Source: an uncultured Clostridia bacterium (GTDB lineage Bacteria; Bacillota; Clostridia; Christensenellales; UBA1242). From it: a stretch of 64,000 nucleotides of DNA. This document shows positions 1 to 10,092 of this stretch, one piece after another. The stretch lies in NCBI GenBank assembly GCA_934772045.1, contig CAKVMH010000001.1:17006-81005 (forward strand), in the 5' to 3' direction. Every line of letters begins with the position of its first letter. Position 1 is the first letter of the stretch. The position numbers and the translations under genes are program-made. The notes beneath the pieces are model-generated. The model was not told the DNA's origin. It was given only the letters and a program-made list of their open reading frames with translations, and made no database searches.

Positions 1-53
1 TAATTAGGTTATAAAACGCGCAAAGTAAGCTAATTATTAAAATTGATATAAAA

Positions 54-81
54 ATAGCAAAAATTTTACGCTTTTTGCTAT
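54..81. terminator. Bidirectional stem-loop downstream of the patatin-like gene
   Basis: Perfect 10-bp inverted repeat ATAGCAAAAA/TTTTTGCTAT with an 8-nt loop, A/T runs on both sides. Confidence 0.6.
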
Positions 82-105
82 CATTTTTATTATTTTTAGA
101 ATTTT

Positions 106-981
106 TTACCAAATTTGTTGTTTGCGTTTGTCTATCCATTTTCTTTTGTGCTTACCTAAAAATATTTTTTCAATTTCTGGCAGGGCCTTAACAACGGCGT
201 CGTAACCGGCCTTTATCATATCGTCTTTGTGTTCAAGTTTAAGCGAATTAAACCTAGCCATATCTGGCGCAATTACAAGGTCACTCCACATAAGACCTTG
301 CTTTGAATTATTGACCATCATAATGCCAATGCTAGTAACAAATTGCGTCCACATTTTTGTGCTTTCTGTGCCACCGCCACGTGTTGAATTGCAGTCGATT
401 GTAATAACAAAATCGCAACCATTTTTATAAAGAACGTCAGAAGGAACATTGTTTCTAACACCGCCATCAATCAGCGTCATTCCCCTGTAATTAACAGGTA
501 AAAACACGCCAGGAATTGCACAACTGCCAGTGATAATGCTTGTAAGTTTCCCAGAATCAAACACTTGTTGCTTGCCCGTCTTTAAATCAACAGCGACGGC
601 ATAATATTTCATTTTGAGTTGTTCAATTCGTTTAATTGGTAAAGCTCGGTCAAGTGTTAAAGCCAAATTGTCCATGCTTGACGGCAAAATGCCAAACCTT
701 TGTTTTATAAAATCACTTTCTTTAACTTGATTTGACATGGCATAAATTTGTTCATATGTCAACCCACTTGCGTACAACGCACCAAAAAGGCTACCCGCAC
801 TTGCACCTGCAACTGCATCAAATTTAATACCATATTCTTCAAAAGCTTTAAACGCACCGAGATGAGCAAAACCACGTGTCCCACCACCGCTCAAACATAA
901 ACCAATTTTGTATTTCTTATGAAACACATTCATGCGTTTTAAGCCCGTTTTTGATAATAATCCCATAAGTTTATTATGCAC
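106..981 (-). CDS. Patatin-like phospholipase
   Basis: 291-aa ORF with LSGGGTRG oxyanion motif and GASAG (GxSxG) nucleophile motif; GTG start at 981 preceded by AAAGGTGA SD. Confidence 0.85.
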   Translation of the reverse strand: MHNKLMGLLSKTGLKRMNVFHKKYKIGLCLSGGGTRGFAHLGAFKAFEEYGIKFDAVAGASAGSLFGALYASGLTYEQIYAMSNQVKESDFIKQRFGILPSSMDNLALTLDRALPIKRIEQLKMKYYAVAVDLKTGKQQVFDSGKLTSIITGSCAIPGVFLPVNYRGMTLIDGGVRNNVPSDVLYKNGCDFVITIDCNSTRGGGTESTKMWTQFVTSIGIMMVNNSKQGLMWSDLVIAPDMARFNSLKLEHKDDMIKAGYDAVVKALPEIEKIFLGKHKRKWIDKRKQQIW

Positions 982-1176
982 AATAATCTCACCTTTATGT
1001 TATACATTATACAATAAACTGCTTAAATTTTCAAAGCCAATTGGTAAAATTTCACATATATACTTAAAAATTGCATCTATTTATTAAATACATAAATTGT
1101 TTTAATTCTATTATTACATATTAATTCTTATGTTTAAACTATTTAAAACCATTAATTAAATTTTTGTTAAGTTTAC

Positions 1177-1206
1177 AAAAAAATCCCAACAATGTGGGAT
1201 TTTTTA
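1177..1206. terminator. Bidirectional stem-loop terminator
   Basis: AAAAAAATCCCA..TGGGATTTTTT hairpin just downstream of the 1250 gene. Confidence 0.6.
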
Positions 1207-1249
1207 TGTATTTTAAAGTGTTTTTTCACTAATATTATTAATTTTTTAA

Positions 1250-2689
1250 TTATTCGTTGCTTTCGCCTTCGTTTGAACCTTGTTCACCATTACCTTGACG
1301 TTCACGAATTTTTTGAAGTGTTACATTTGCAAGTTCCAAATCTGATTCCAATTGTGAAATTTGTTCTTCCAAAATATTGTTAGTGTGTTCCAAAATTGGG
1401 AACCTATCTTTATTAGCATTGATAACATCTTCACAATGGTTAACACTTAACCTTAAACCGTCCAACAATTCAAGTTCATTTGCAAGTTTTTCAGCCTTTT
1501 CTTTATCAATGTCAACATAGTTATTAACACCGTATAAAGCAACCTTTTTCTTAGCAACAATCGCTTCTTTCCTACGAAGTTTTGTTTGATACCTTTCAAG
1601 GTCGTTCATAACTTTCTTCAAAGGACGATATTCTTTCATGTTTGTTTTGTAATCTTTCTTAGCATTTTTAAGACGTTCTTCCAAAACAGCAATTCTGTTC
1701 AAACATTCTTCTTCAGTCATGTCAATAACAACTTCAGTTGTAACAACATTTTGTTTTTCAGTTAATTGTTTGTTTAAACTTTCAAGTTGAGATGTAAGTT
1801 CAGCAATTCTTTTGTTTGCATCTTCAAGTTCTTTGCTTGTTTGTTCTGTTTTGTCTTCAACAGGTGCAGTTGTTTCTTCTACAACTTCTTCTGTCGGTGT
1901 TTCAGTTTCATCAGCTTCTTGTTCAACTTCTTCTGTTTCAACCGGAGTTTCTTCCGTTGTTACTTCATCGGTTTCTTCTGTTGAAGCTTCTTCGGTTGCT
2001 TCAGCAGTTTCAGTTACTTGTTCAACTTGTTCTGGTTGTTCTGTTTCTTCTAAATCTGCTTCTGTTTCATCAGTTCCATTTAAAACTTTGTCTATGCTGT
2101 AATTTGCTAAAATTGGGTTTTCTTCTTCCCCAGCTTCTTCAACCTTTTCTTTTTCTTCATCAACAACTTCATTGTTAATTTCGTCAATCAAACTTTCAAT
2201 GTCGAAGTCATCATCTTCGGTTTGATTTTCTTCTTTTTCTTCACCTTCGCCAACAATCATAGGTGCATCTTCCAATGTTTTAACATCGTTTGCAGATGCA
2301 TCATCTTGTTTTGCTTCATTTTCAGATTTCAACCTATTTTCAATTTCTTCAAGGTCAGCATCATTATCTTCAACAAGTTTAAATAAATCTTCATCTTTGC
2401 TATCTTGTGCAAGTTCTTTCTCTTTGTCTGCCTTAGCTGTGTTGATTTGTTCAAAATTGTAATCTTGTTGTTTTGTGTTCTCTGCTAACAACTGTTGTTG
2501 TTTATATTGAGTATAATCCATAACCTCAGGCTGATTTGATTGTGAAGTTGAACGTTCTTCATTATCAAAAGCACCGATTATGATATGCCCCAAAAATGCT
2601 ATCAAGCCACCAACAACAATGACGATACCAATAATTGCTAAAATTCCAACGAATGCTTGCCATTCCATAAACAAAAATCTCCTTTTCAA
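1250..2689 (-). CDS. Membrane-anchored, very acidic (E/D/T-rich) protein with C-terminal coiled-coil, function unknown
   Basis: 479-aa ORF; N-terminal hydrophobic helix (AFVGILAIIGIVIVVGGLIAFLG), long E/T/D low-complexity middle, heptad-like K/E/L C-terminus; start may be the internal MEWQ. Confidence 0.6.
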   Translation of the reverse strand: MKRRFLFMEWQAFVGILAIIGIVIVVGGLIAFLGHIIIGAFDNEERSTSQSNQPEVMDYTQYKQQQLLAENTKQQDYNFEQINTAKADKEKELAQDSKDEDLFKLVEDNDADLEEIENRLKSENEAKQDDASANDVKTLEDAPMIVGEGEEKEENQTEDDDFDIESLIDEINNEVVDEEKEKVEEAGEEENPILANYSIDKVLNGTDETEADLEETEQPEQVEQVTETAEATEEASTEETDEVTTEETPVETEEVEQEADETETPTEEVVEETTAPVEDKTEQTSKELEDANKRIAELTSQLESLNKQLTEKQNVVTTEVVIDMTEEECLNRIAVLEERLKNAKKDYKTNMKEYRPLKKVMNDLERYQTKLRRKEAIVAKKKVALYGVNNYVDIDKEKAEKLANELELLDGLRLSVNHCEDVINANKDRFPILEHTNNILEEQISQLESDLELANVTLQKIRERQGNGEQGSNEGESNE

Positions 2690-2846
2690 GTGTTTGCCTT
2701 ATTATATCTCATAATGTTTTAATTTTCAATACCTTTTGTGAAAAAATTTTAAAAAATTTTAATTTTTAAGCAGTTTTAGGCAAATTTTATGTAAAATAGT
2801 GCCATTTTTTAATAAATTTTTAAAATTACTTAGTAATTTTCTTAAT

Positions 2847-4190
2847 TTAATTAAAATTTCTAAGCCCTTTTGGATAGTGATTTTTAAACTTTCCGTTGGC
2901 AATTTTAAACCCACCAACAGGGCAACCCGACACCATAAAAGCACCATATCCATCTAAAAAATTTGCGTCGATTGTTTCACCTTTTAAGTATGCTTGAACT
3001 TGCTTTGCGGTGTAAGGAAAATCGAGTTGCAATTTAAAACATTTCCCAAATGCGGTGAATAGGTTATGAGATGGTTCAAATCGTTTATCTTTTACACTGC
3101 CAACCCGTACACCGATTGAATAATAATTTACACCTTTTTTTAATATATTTTCATTTAAAACCGCATATGCAAAATCGCCGTACTCAAAGCAATTGATTTG
3201 TGTTGTTAAATTATCACACACAAACTTTTGAGCCTGAGAGCAAACCTGCAATTTTAAATTTGATTTTGGCAAATCTTCATTTTCATTTAACTTTTGTAAC
3301 ACTGCAACAAATTGTCCTTCACCTTTTACTTTGTGTGGATACAACCTAACAACTTCTGGCATGTTAATACCGCGTGAAAAATTTGCGTCTATGTTTATCA
3401 ATTTATAATCATGTGTTTGTAAAAACTTAGAAACCACACCTTCATTTTCTTCATAAGAATACGTGCATGTAGAGTAAATTAAAAAACCATTTTGTTTCAA
3501 TGCCCTGTCCGCATTATTTGAAATTTCCAACTGCCTTTCCGCGCACATTTTTGGCAAATTAGGGTTCCATTCATTAACAACCGCTTCGCCACGCCTAAAC
3601 ATGCCTTCACCACTGCAAGGAGCGTCAACCAACACCACATCAAAACTGTTAGCATACGCATTTGCAATATTAGATGGCGTGTCGTTTGCAACAACAACAT
3701 TTTTAAGCCCCATCCTTTCTATATTAGAAAACAAGACCGCACAGCGTGCCGAATTAATTTCATTGCTTACAAGCACACCATTTGGTATTCTGTTTGCAAT
3801 CTGAATTGACTTTCCGCCAGGAGCAGCACACAAATCCAACACCTTTTCATTGCCCTTAAATGCTAACGCATTGACAGTAAACATTGCACTAGGCTCTTGC
3901 ATATAAAAAGCCCCAGCATGATGAAGTGGGTGCTTGCCCAATTTTCCACAAACATAAAAACCTTTACTTTCATATGTTATCGGGCTTATATCGAAATCTA
4001 CAATTTGTTTAAAATGCTCAATGTCAATTTTTTCATTTACAAACAAACCGGACTGTTTTGGTTGGTTTAAAGCTTGTAGAAAATCGTCAAATTCAGCGCC
4101 CAGTATTGTTTTCATTCGTTCTAAAAACTCAACAGGAAGGTTAATCTGTGCTACATCTTTTGGTGTTTTTGTGAATTTTTCTTTAATCAT
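2847..4190 (-). CDS. NOL1/NOP2/Sun-family RNA m5C methyltransferase (RsmF/RsmB-like)
   Basis: Motifs DLCAAPGGKS (SAM binding), DAPCSGEGMFRR and TCTYSYEENE (catalytic Cys motifs); start placed at MIKEKF rather than the ORF-track start 4226. Confidence 0.8.
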   Translation of the reverse strand: MIKEKFTKTPKDVAQINLPVEFLERMKTILGAEFDDFLQALNQPKQSGLFVNEKIDIEHFKQIVDFDISPITYESKGFYVCGKLGKHPLHHAGAFYMQEPSAMFTVNALAFKGNEKVLDLCAAPGGKSIQIANRIPNGVLVSNEINSARCAVLFSNIERMGLKNVVVANDTPSNIANAYANSFDVVLVDAPCSGEGMFRRGEAVVNEWNPNLPKMCAERQLEISNNADRALKQNGFLIYSTCTYSYEENEGVVSKFLQTHDYKLINIDANFSRGINMPEVVRLYPHKVKGEGQFVAVLQKLNENEDLPKSNLKLQVCSQAQKFVCDNLTTQINCFEYGDFAYAVLNENILKKGVNYYSIGVRVGSVKDKRFEPSHNLFTAFGKCFKLQLDFPYTAKQVQAYLKGETIDANFLDGYGAFMVSGCPVGGFKIANGKFKNHYPKGLRNFN

Positions 4191-4281
4191 ACGCAAATTA
4201 TAGCAGAAAGCATAAAAAAATACCACATTTTCTTGATTTTTTTTTGCAATTTAACTAAACTAAAAGTATAAGAAGGGGTAA

Positions 4282-5043
4282 ATGAGAAGTTTAGATATAA
4301 TTCGTCAAAAACGAAGGTTTATTATGTTCAGTGAAAAAACCAAATCCGCTGTTTTGGAACTGAACGCGTTTTTTGAGAAATACGCAATGCACTTTGAAGA
4401 TAAAATAAACAAACTTTTTATCTATTACGACACACCTGATTTTGCATTGCTTAAATCAAACATTGTTTTATTTAAAACTGTAATCGGAAATTTTTGCGAA
4501 TTGAACATGGCAACTGAAAAGATAAGTTCAACCAGCAGGTTCACCCTTCGCTCCACTTACAAACATTTCAGCAAACAAATAAAAGCACACGACCATTTAA
4601 TGAAGCATAAAGAATTTTTAATTGAAAATTTTAAAAACATGTTCATTTCCGGCGTGAATTTTGACCCTGAATTTTTGATGCAAAAATTGCAACCAGCATA
4701 CTCAATTAAAACTGTAAGTGAAGAATATCGTAGCACGAACGGCATAGGTTTTAAAATCACATATTCTTTCGATAAGGATATTTATACAAACCATTTCACA
4801 AAAATTTCAACAGTCGGCAACATATTAACAATTTACCAGCACAGCAATGAAACAACCGACCAATATTTAGACGACTTAATCAGCAAACTGACGCGCTATT
4901 GTAAAGAACTTGAACCTACAAGCGACACAAAAATTATGATATGTCGCACAATGACACAAAAGAAGCAAGAACAGTTAAATAAACTTGCACAAGAGCGCGA
5001 AAAATTAAAGCGTGATAAACTTTTAAGCAAGAAAAAGAAATAA
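4282..5043 (+). CDS. Hypothetical protein, possibly CYTH-like, with K-rich tail
   Basis: 253-aa ORF with GAAGGGG SD 4 nt upstream; weak resemblance (YYDTPDFALLKSNIVLF) to CYTH-domain proteins, from memory only. Confidence 0.45.
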   Translation: MRSLDIIRQKRRFIMFSEKTKSAVLELNAFFEKYAMHFEDKINKLFIYYDTPDFALLKSNIVLFKTVIGNFCELNMATEKISSTSRFTLRSTYKHFSKQIKAHDHLMKHKEFLIENFKNMFISGVNFDPEFLMQKLQPAYSIKTVSEEYRSTNGIGFKITYSFDKDIYTNHFTKISTVGNILTIYQHSNETTDQYLDDLISKLTRYCKELEPTSDTKIMICRTMTQKKQEQLNKLAQEREKLKRDKLLSKKKK

Positions 5044-5057
5044 TTAACAAACAATAA

Positions 5058-5083
5058 ACAAAAGGCAAAAAATGCCTTTTTTG
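5058..5083 (+). terminator. Rho-independent terminator
   Basis: AAAGGCA-aaaaa-TGCCTTT followed by T-run. Confidence 0.7.
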
Positions 5084-5330
5084 TTTGCACCAATACCTGT
5101 TTTTTTTAAGTTTGTTCGAATTTAAGACAGCAAGACCGCAAAATTACACAATACTTTCATGCCTGTTTTCAAGTTTAAATAAAATTTAGCGTATTCAATA
5201 AAATAGCTTATATTTACTTATGTTTATTTTAATGTTTATTTTAAAACAATCAAAGCACAAGTGTTTTTTATGCCACGCATAAATTTTATGTATGTTTAGA
5301 ATTTGAAATGAGATTGACTAAAATTTTATC

Positions 5331-6200
5331 ATGTTTTATGATTTAAACATGAACATAATTAATGGAAAAGAAGTGGCTACGCTTATTAAACAAATGATAG
5401 CCCAAAAAGTTGAAGAAAATTACATAAAAACTGGCAAAAAACTTCCTACACTCGCTTGTGTTTTGGTTGGCGATGACCCTGCAAGCAAAGTTTATGTTGC
5501 CAACAAAGAAAAGGCGTGCAAAATGGTTGGTTTTAACTCAGTTTTAAAAACACTGCCAGCAGACGCAACACAGAAACAGGTCGCAGATGTGATAACCGCA
5601 CTCAACAGTGATAAAAACATTTCAGGTATACTTTTGCAATTGCCTTTACCAAAACATTTAGATGAAAATGCGCTTATAAACTTAATCTCACCAAACAAAG
5701 ATGTAGACAGTTTAACCGACTTAAATTTAGGTCGCCTTTTTGCTGGCAAACATTTGATCGCACCATGCACCGCAACAGGTATAATTGATTTATTGGACAA
5801 TTACAACTTACCAATTCAAGGCAAGCGCGCAGTGGTTGTAGGGCGCAGTTTGTTGGTTGGTAAATCAGTTGCGAATCTGCTTGAACAACGCAACGCAACC
5901 GTTACAGTTTGTCATTCAAAAACTGAAAATTTGGCAGAAACTACTCGCCAAGCGGACATTTTGGTTGTCGCAATCGGTAAACCAAATTTTGTAACCAAAG
6001 AAATGGTGAAACCTGACGCCGTGGTTATAGATGTCGGTATAAATCGTCTTCAAACCGGTTTGGTTGGCGATGTTGATTTTGAAAATGTTAAAGATGTCGC
6101 ATCTTACATTACACCAGTGCCAGGTGGCGTTGGCCCAATGACAATTGCTGAGCTTATGAAAAACACATTAACTTTGCACGAGCAAACCGAAATATTATAA
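5331..6200 (+). CDS. folD: Bifunctional methylenetetrahydrofolate dehydrogenase/cyclohydrolase
   Basis: 289-aa ORF with typical FolD sequence (ILLQLPLPKHL, VVVGRSLLVGKSVANLL, TPVPGGVGPMT); true start may be MNIINGKE at 5349. Confidence 0.9.
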   Translation: MFYDLNMNIINGKEVATLIKQMIAQKVEENYIKTGKKLPTLACVLVGDDPASKVYVANKEKACKMVGFNSVLKTLPADATQKQVADVITALNSDKNISGILLQLPLPKHLDENALINLISPNKDVDSLTDLNLGRLFAGKHLIAPCTATGIIDLLDNYNLPIQGKRAVVVGRSLLVGKSVANLLEQRNATVTVCHSKTENLAETTRQADILVVAIGKPNFVTKEMVKPDAVVIDVGINRLQTGLVGDVDFENVKDVASYITPVPGGVGPMTIAELMKNTLTLHEQTEIL

Positions 6201-6250
6201 TACGAAAAATTTTCATCAACTAAAAATTTTATCATTCTTCACAATGAAAA

Positions 6251-6272
6251 AGCACTGCTAACCAGCAGTGCT
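6251..6272. terminator. Bidirectional terminator between folD and the lipoprotein gene
   Basis: AGCACTGCT-aacc-AGCAGTGCT flanked by A-run and T-run. Confidence 0.75.
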
Positions 6273-6338
6273 TTTTATGTTTAAATTTAGATAACGTAAT
6301 TCTATCACAAATTAATTTATGCCGAAATTTTAAATGAA

Positions 6339-7727
6339 TTATTCTTCATCGGTAGTTGGTTTTTCACCGTCTAAATATACACCAACCATTTCGCCTTCTT
6401 CACCGTGATTGTTTGTAACATTAATGCGGTAAAGGTAGCCATTGTTTTCACCTGTACAGTAATATAAATCGCCACCATTTAAGTCAATAAAGTCAGCATT
6501 GAATTCAATTTTACCTATAACAACAGGTTCAGCAGAAGCAATTGATTCATTCAACCAGTTGCTGTAACTAACTGTTTTAAGTTGATTGTTGTTGTCATAG
6601 TAAACAACACAACCATTCACAAAACCGATAACATTAATCTTTGTTACACTTGATTCACCTGCATTGTCTTCCAACTTATTGCCAAGCAAACTAGAACCTT
6701 TTTTAACAAACAAGAAACTATTGCCCTTTGTTGCCATTACCCTATTACCTTCTGGCAAAAGGAAAATGTCGTCTACAACTGAAGTGTCAAACATACGTTC
6801 AAATTGTCCACCAATTGTAGCACCATAAAGGAAAGTCGAACCATTTTCAGTTTTTGTTACATACACATAATTTTCTGCCACAAACTTAACAGTAATGTCG
6901 CCAGAACTGTTTTTCATAACAGTGTCAGCTGTCCTGCTGTTATCTGCCACATTGTAGCGGATTAAACTATACTTACCATCTTTCTTTTCAACAAAATATA
7001 TGCGGTTGCTTGCATTATCTGCACTGTCATAACCAAACACAATGCTTGACACATTGCTTGCAACTTCTTGCACTTTATCTTTTTTCTTTTTTGCTTCAAC
7101 ATCAACGCGGTAAAGCATATCTGTTTTGCCGTTACCGTTTAAATCATCACCTTTTTCGTTAACCAAAAGGTATGGCTTACCGTTTGCAAAATAATATTGA
7201 TAACTTAAATTTTCATGTTTAACATTTGCTTGATAAATTTCTTCCGGCTTATCGAAATTGCTGAGTTTAACACGATAGAACACTGCCCTTTCTTTTGCCC
7301 ATTCAGTTTTGCCGATTTTACCAGATTCATTTTCATTGCTTGGGCTAACAAAATAAATATAATCACCAAAAATATAAAGGTCAGTCGCATCAAAGCCTGC
7401 AAGTTTTGTGCTTACTTGACGGTAATAGTTGCCGTCTAAGTCGCCATCATCATTGCGGACAAAATTGCCTTGGCTATCAAGTTTAGCAACATATAAGCCA
7501 CCTTTTGTGAAACTTGAATTGCGTTGGTCGTCTGTCAAACTGCTAACCTTTTGGAAACCGTTTGCAAAGTAAACATAATCACCTTTCCTTACAACCATGC
7601 CACCATTGCCAATAACTGTTTCTTCAGTTGCTGGGTGGAACCCATTATCTTTCTTTTTGCACCCAATAACACCGAATGCAAACACACAAAGCAATAAACA
7701 AATTATAAATTTAGAAAACTTTTTCAT
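6339..7727 (-). CDS. Lipoprotein with beta-propeller-like repeats (DUF5050-like, tentative)
   Basis: Signal peptide plus lipobox (FGVIGC); repeated G-D-[YW]-[IV]-Y-F/Y motifs. Confidence 0.65.
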   Translation of the reverse strand: MKKFSKFIICLLLCVFAFGVIGCKKKDNGFHPATEETVIGNGGMVVRKGDYVYFANGFQKVSSLTDDQRNSSFTKGGLYVAKLDSQGNFVRNDDGDLDGNYYRQVSTKLAGFDATDLYIFGDYIYFVSPSNENESGKIGKTEWAKERAVFYRVKLSNFDKPEEIYQANVKHENLSYQYYFANGKPYLLVNEKGDDLNGNGKTDMLYRVDVEAKKKKDKVQEVASNVSSIVFGYDSADNASNRIYFVEKKDGKYSLIRYNVADNSRTADTVMKNSSGDITVKFVAENYVYVTKTENGSTFLYGATIGGQFERMFDTSVVDDIFLLPEGNRVMATKGNSFLFVKKGSSLLGNKLEDNAGESSVTKINVIGFVNGCVVYYDNNNQLKTVSYSNWLNESIASAEPVVIGKIEFNADFIDLNGGDLYYCTGENNGYLYRINVTNNHGEEGEMVGVYLDGEKPTTDEE

Positions 7728-8005
7728 ACTTCCTCGTTAAAAATAATTGCCAAAATGCACAACAATTAACCACAATGCAAACGAAAACCGCTTACACAAC
7801 TAAATTAACTTAAATAATGTGCTAATTTTTGCGCTGAATTAATATTAACACACAAACATTTTGTTGTCAATTAAAATGTTTATGTTAGTTTAACTTGACT
7901 TTAAGGTTTTTAATTGCGGTAAAATAAGTGCTTTTGTTTTATATTTTATCTAATATCTACATTTTTCTTGTCATATCTTAAATTTTCCATTTGTATAATT
8001 AAAAT

Positions 8006-8998
8006 ATGAAAAGCAAAACTTTAATTTTACAATCTCAACTGCCAAACAGTTCCGGCAGGGGGATACTCACTTTGTCATTTGATAACGACCTTCTTTCAGC
8101 AAAATTGCGCCTTTATAATTGCCCAAAACTAGACGCTTTTGCAAAACTGGGCGTTTATCATCAATCACAAGTTTATTCAAGCAACTTGCTGTTTAAAGAC
8201 GGCGCATACACAAGCTCACTTGTGGGCGATTTTGACATAAACACCGATTTTTATTGCGCCATTGTGGACACCGCAAACAACAACCAGCCACTGCTTGCAG
8301 GCGGAACATATGCCGGCTTTTATTTCGACGACACATCGGTGATAACCAATAACTTAAACAAAACTTTCAGCCCCAACCCAATTGTGCCAGATGCCGAGCC
8401 CACCGCCCGCGAAACAGCTTGCCTTGACCCCCAACCTGCCCCCGCGCGCGAGCCTTCAACCCCAACCCAACAAAACGAAAACTGTAACCTTTGTGCAAAA
8501 TGTAAGTATAAGGAATTTTTCTATACTCAAAACCCAATACAGCCACAAAACACAGCTTTAAACACAAACGAGCAAATGGCAGAACCCGCGCCCCAACCTG
8601 CCACATCAAACCAAACTTGCAAGCAAAGCACCCCTAACACCACAGCCCAAAATGACACAAAACCTAGCCCCAACCAAACAATCATTGAAAGCCTTGTGCC
8701 ACAGTTTGACTATATCTTTAAAACCTTCCCAGAATGCACCGAACTCAACACACGCATTGCCAATTCACGCTTTGTAACAATCTCTGAAAACAACTCCACT
8801 TACTGCCTAGGCGCAATTTACGAAGCGGATAACCTTAAATATATTTGTTACGCCGTCCCTGCAAACTACAACGCACCCATTCCCGAAGAACTAGGCGAAC
8901 ACCACCAGTGGCTCCCACTTGACCCAGAAGACCCACTTTCCGACGGCTACCACATAGTTTACCAAGACGCACACGACCTAAAAATAATCGAAGTTTAA
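8006..8998 (+). CDS. Hypothetical protein with central P/Q/T/N-rich linker
   Basis: 330-aa ORF; globular N- and C-terminal parts separated by a roughly 100-aa proline/glutamine-rich region; no family recognised. Confidence 0.5.
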   Translation: MKSKTLILQSQLPNSSGRGILTLSFDNDLLSAKLRLYNCPKLDAFAKLGVYHQSQVYSSNLLFKDGAYTSSLVGDFDINTDFYCAIVDTANNNQPLLAGGTYAGFYFDDTSVITNNLNKTFSPNPIVPDAEPTARETACLDPQPAPAREPSTPTQQNENCNLCAKCKYKEFFYTQNPIQPQNTALNTNEQMAEPAPQPATSNQTCKQSTPNTTAQNDTKPSPNQTIIESLVPQFDYIFKTFPECTELNTRIANSRFVTISENNSTYCLGAIYEADNLKYICYAVPANYNAPIPEELGEHHQWLPLDPEDPLSDGYHIVYQDAHDLKIIEV

Positions 8999-9049
8999 CC
9001 CACCTGCAAAATCAACCACACGCCACCCTAAATATAGTTATAAATTCAT

Positions 9050-9210
9050 GTCACCCTGAGCATAGCGAAGGGTCTTGTGCGTAGCACTTTTAAAGAATAT
9101 TTTCTTAAAAGCAAGGCAAGCCTTGCAAGATTCTTCGCTCCGCTAGAATCTGAAGATTTTTACCAAAATCATTCAGGTTCTTCGTGTTGCTAACGCTCGC
9201 TCAGAATGAC
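9050..9210. repeat. MITE-like palindromic repeat, copy A (with internal expansion)
   Basis: Ends GTCACCCTGAGCATAGCGAAGGGTC ... GCTCGCTCAGAATGAC are imperfect terminal inverted repeats; inner hairpin GCAAGGC-aa-GCCTTGC. Confidence 0.75.
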
Positions 9211-9264
9211 ATGTAAGTGCTTTTGAAGATTAATACCTTAAAAGCAAAACGATTACACAGCGTA

Positions 9265-9302
9265 GATTGCGACGCTATAATGTTAATTGAAAATTAACAT
9301 TT
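9265..9302 (+). repeat. 38-bp duplicated segment with TATAAT and 21-bp perfect palindrome, copy 1
   Basis: GATTGCGACGCTATAATGTTAATTGAAAATTAACATTT; palindrome ATGTTAATTgaaAATTAACAT at 9280-9300. Confidence 0.7.
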
Positions 9303-9414
9303 TAAAAAAGGGATCCCCAACAAAGCTTAACATTGTGGTTTTGTTGGGCTTAAGGAGCAACCGCTTAAAGGTTTATGTTTGCGTGGGGTTACCTAGCAAA
9401 CTAACATAAAAGCG

Positions 9415-9452
9415 GATTGTGACGCTATAATGTTAATTGAAAATTAACATTT
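9415..9452 (+). promoter_or_regulatory. 38-bp duplicated segment with TATAAT and 21-bp perfect palindrome, copy 2 (operator-like)
   Basis: 37/38 identical to 9265-9302; ends 19 bp before the 59-bp box of cassette 1. Confidence 0.5.
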
Positions 9453-9470
9453 CAAAAAATTTAGTTTTTT

Positions 9471-9529
9471 ATAATGGGAATTGTGATGGTTGCTATGCTC
9501 GCCTTCGGCGGTACTTTCGCGTACTTTAC
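9471..9529 (+). repeat. 59-bp conserved box, copy 1 (candidate recombination site)
   Basis: ATAATGGGAATTGTGATGGTTGCTATGCTCGCCTTCGGCGGTACTTTCGCGTACTTTAC, identical to the reverse complement of 10838-10896 and 11498-11556. Confidence 0.9.
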
Positions 9530-10058
9530 TGCTACTGCTACTGAGAGAACAGATGCTGTAAAAACTGGTTACATCAAATTATCAACAAATGATGACTTTG
9601 CTTTGGTTGCAGATGGTGTTCTTCCAGGTGATACATTAATTTCAAAAGCTGTTACAGTTACACCTAGCTACACAGGTTCTGATGGTGAATTTGTTGCCGT
9701 AAAAGTAACAATTAAAGCTGAAGCTGACAATGCAGAAAAAACAGATGTTACCGCAGCACTTAAACTTGGCTTTACCGCAGCAACTTCTGGTGAAGGTTGG
9801 TATAAATTAGACGGCAAAGAAGGTGTTTATTTCTGGGGTTCAAACGCAACTACTCCAGTTGCTATGACAGAAGCAAAAACAGTTTTAGAGCAATTAACTA
9901 TTGATACTTCAGTTGCAGATGACTGGAAACAAGAAAATGCAACAAATTCAGAAAGCAAATTAATGAATGCTACTGTAACAGTTACCATCTCAGCTAGAGG
10001 TGTTCAAGCTGCTCACGTAACCGATGCTGTTGACCAATTAAAACTTTTATTTGCTTAA
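9474..10058 (+). CDS. TasA/camelysin-family protein, cassette 1 (5'-truncated, probably silent)
   Basis: Starts directly at MGIVMVAMLAFGGTFAYFT (SipW-cognate-type signal peptide h-region) with no SD and no Lys-rich n-region. Confidence 0.7.
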   Translation: MGIVMVAMLAFGGTFAYFTATATERTDAVKTGYIKLSTNDDFALVADGVLPGDTLISKAVTVTPSYTGSDGEFVAVKVTIKAEADNAEKTDVTAALKLGFTAATSGEGWYKLDGKEGVYFWGSNATTPVAMTEAKTVLEQLTIDTSVADDWKQENATNSESKLMNATVTVTISARGVQAAHVTDAVDQLKLLFA

Positions 10059-10065
10059 TTAAATT

Positions 10066-10092
10066 AAAAAACACGCGTTAGCGTGTTTTTTC
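10066..10092 (+). terminator. Rho-independent terminator after cassette 1
   Basis: AAAAAACACGC-gtta-GCGTGTTTTTT. Confidence 0.8.

Noticed and set aside
1787-2178. Three overlapping plus-strand ORFs (65-120 aa) rich in F/L/S/C
   Set aside because: They are antisense translations of the low-complexity GAA/GAT/ACT-rich acidic gene, a compositional artefact.
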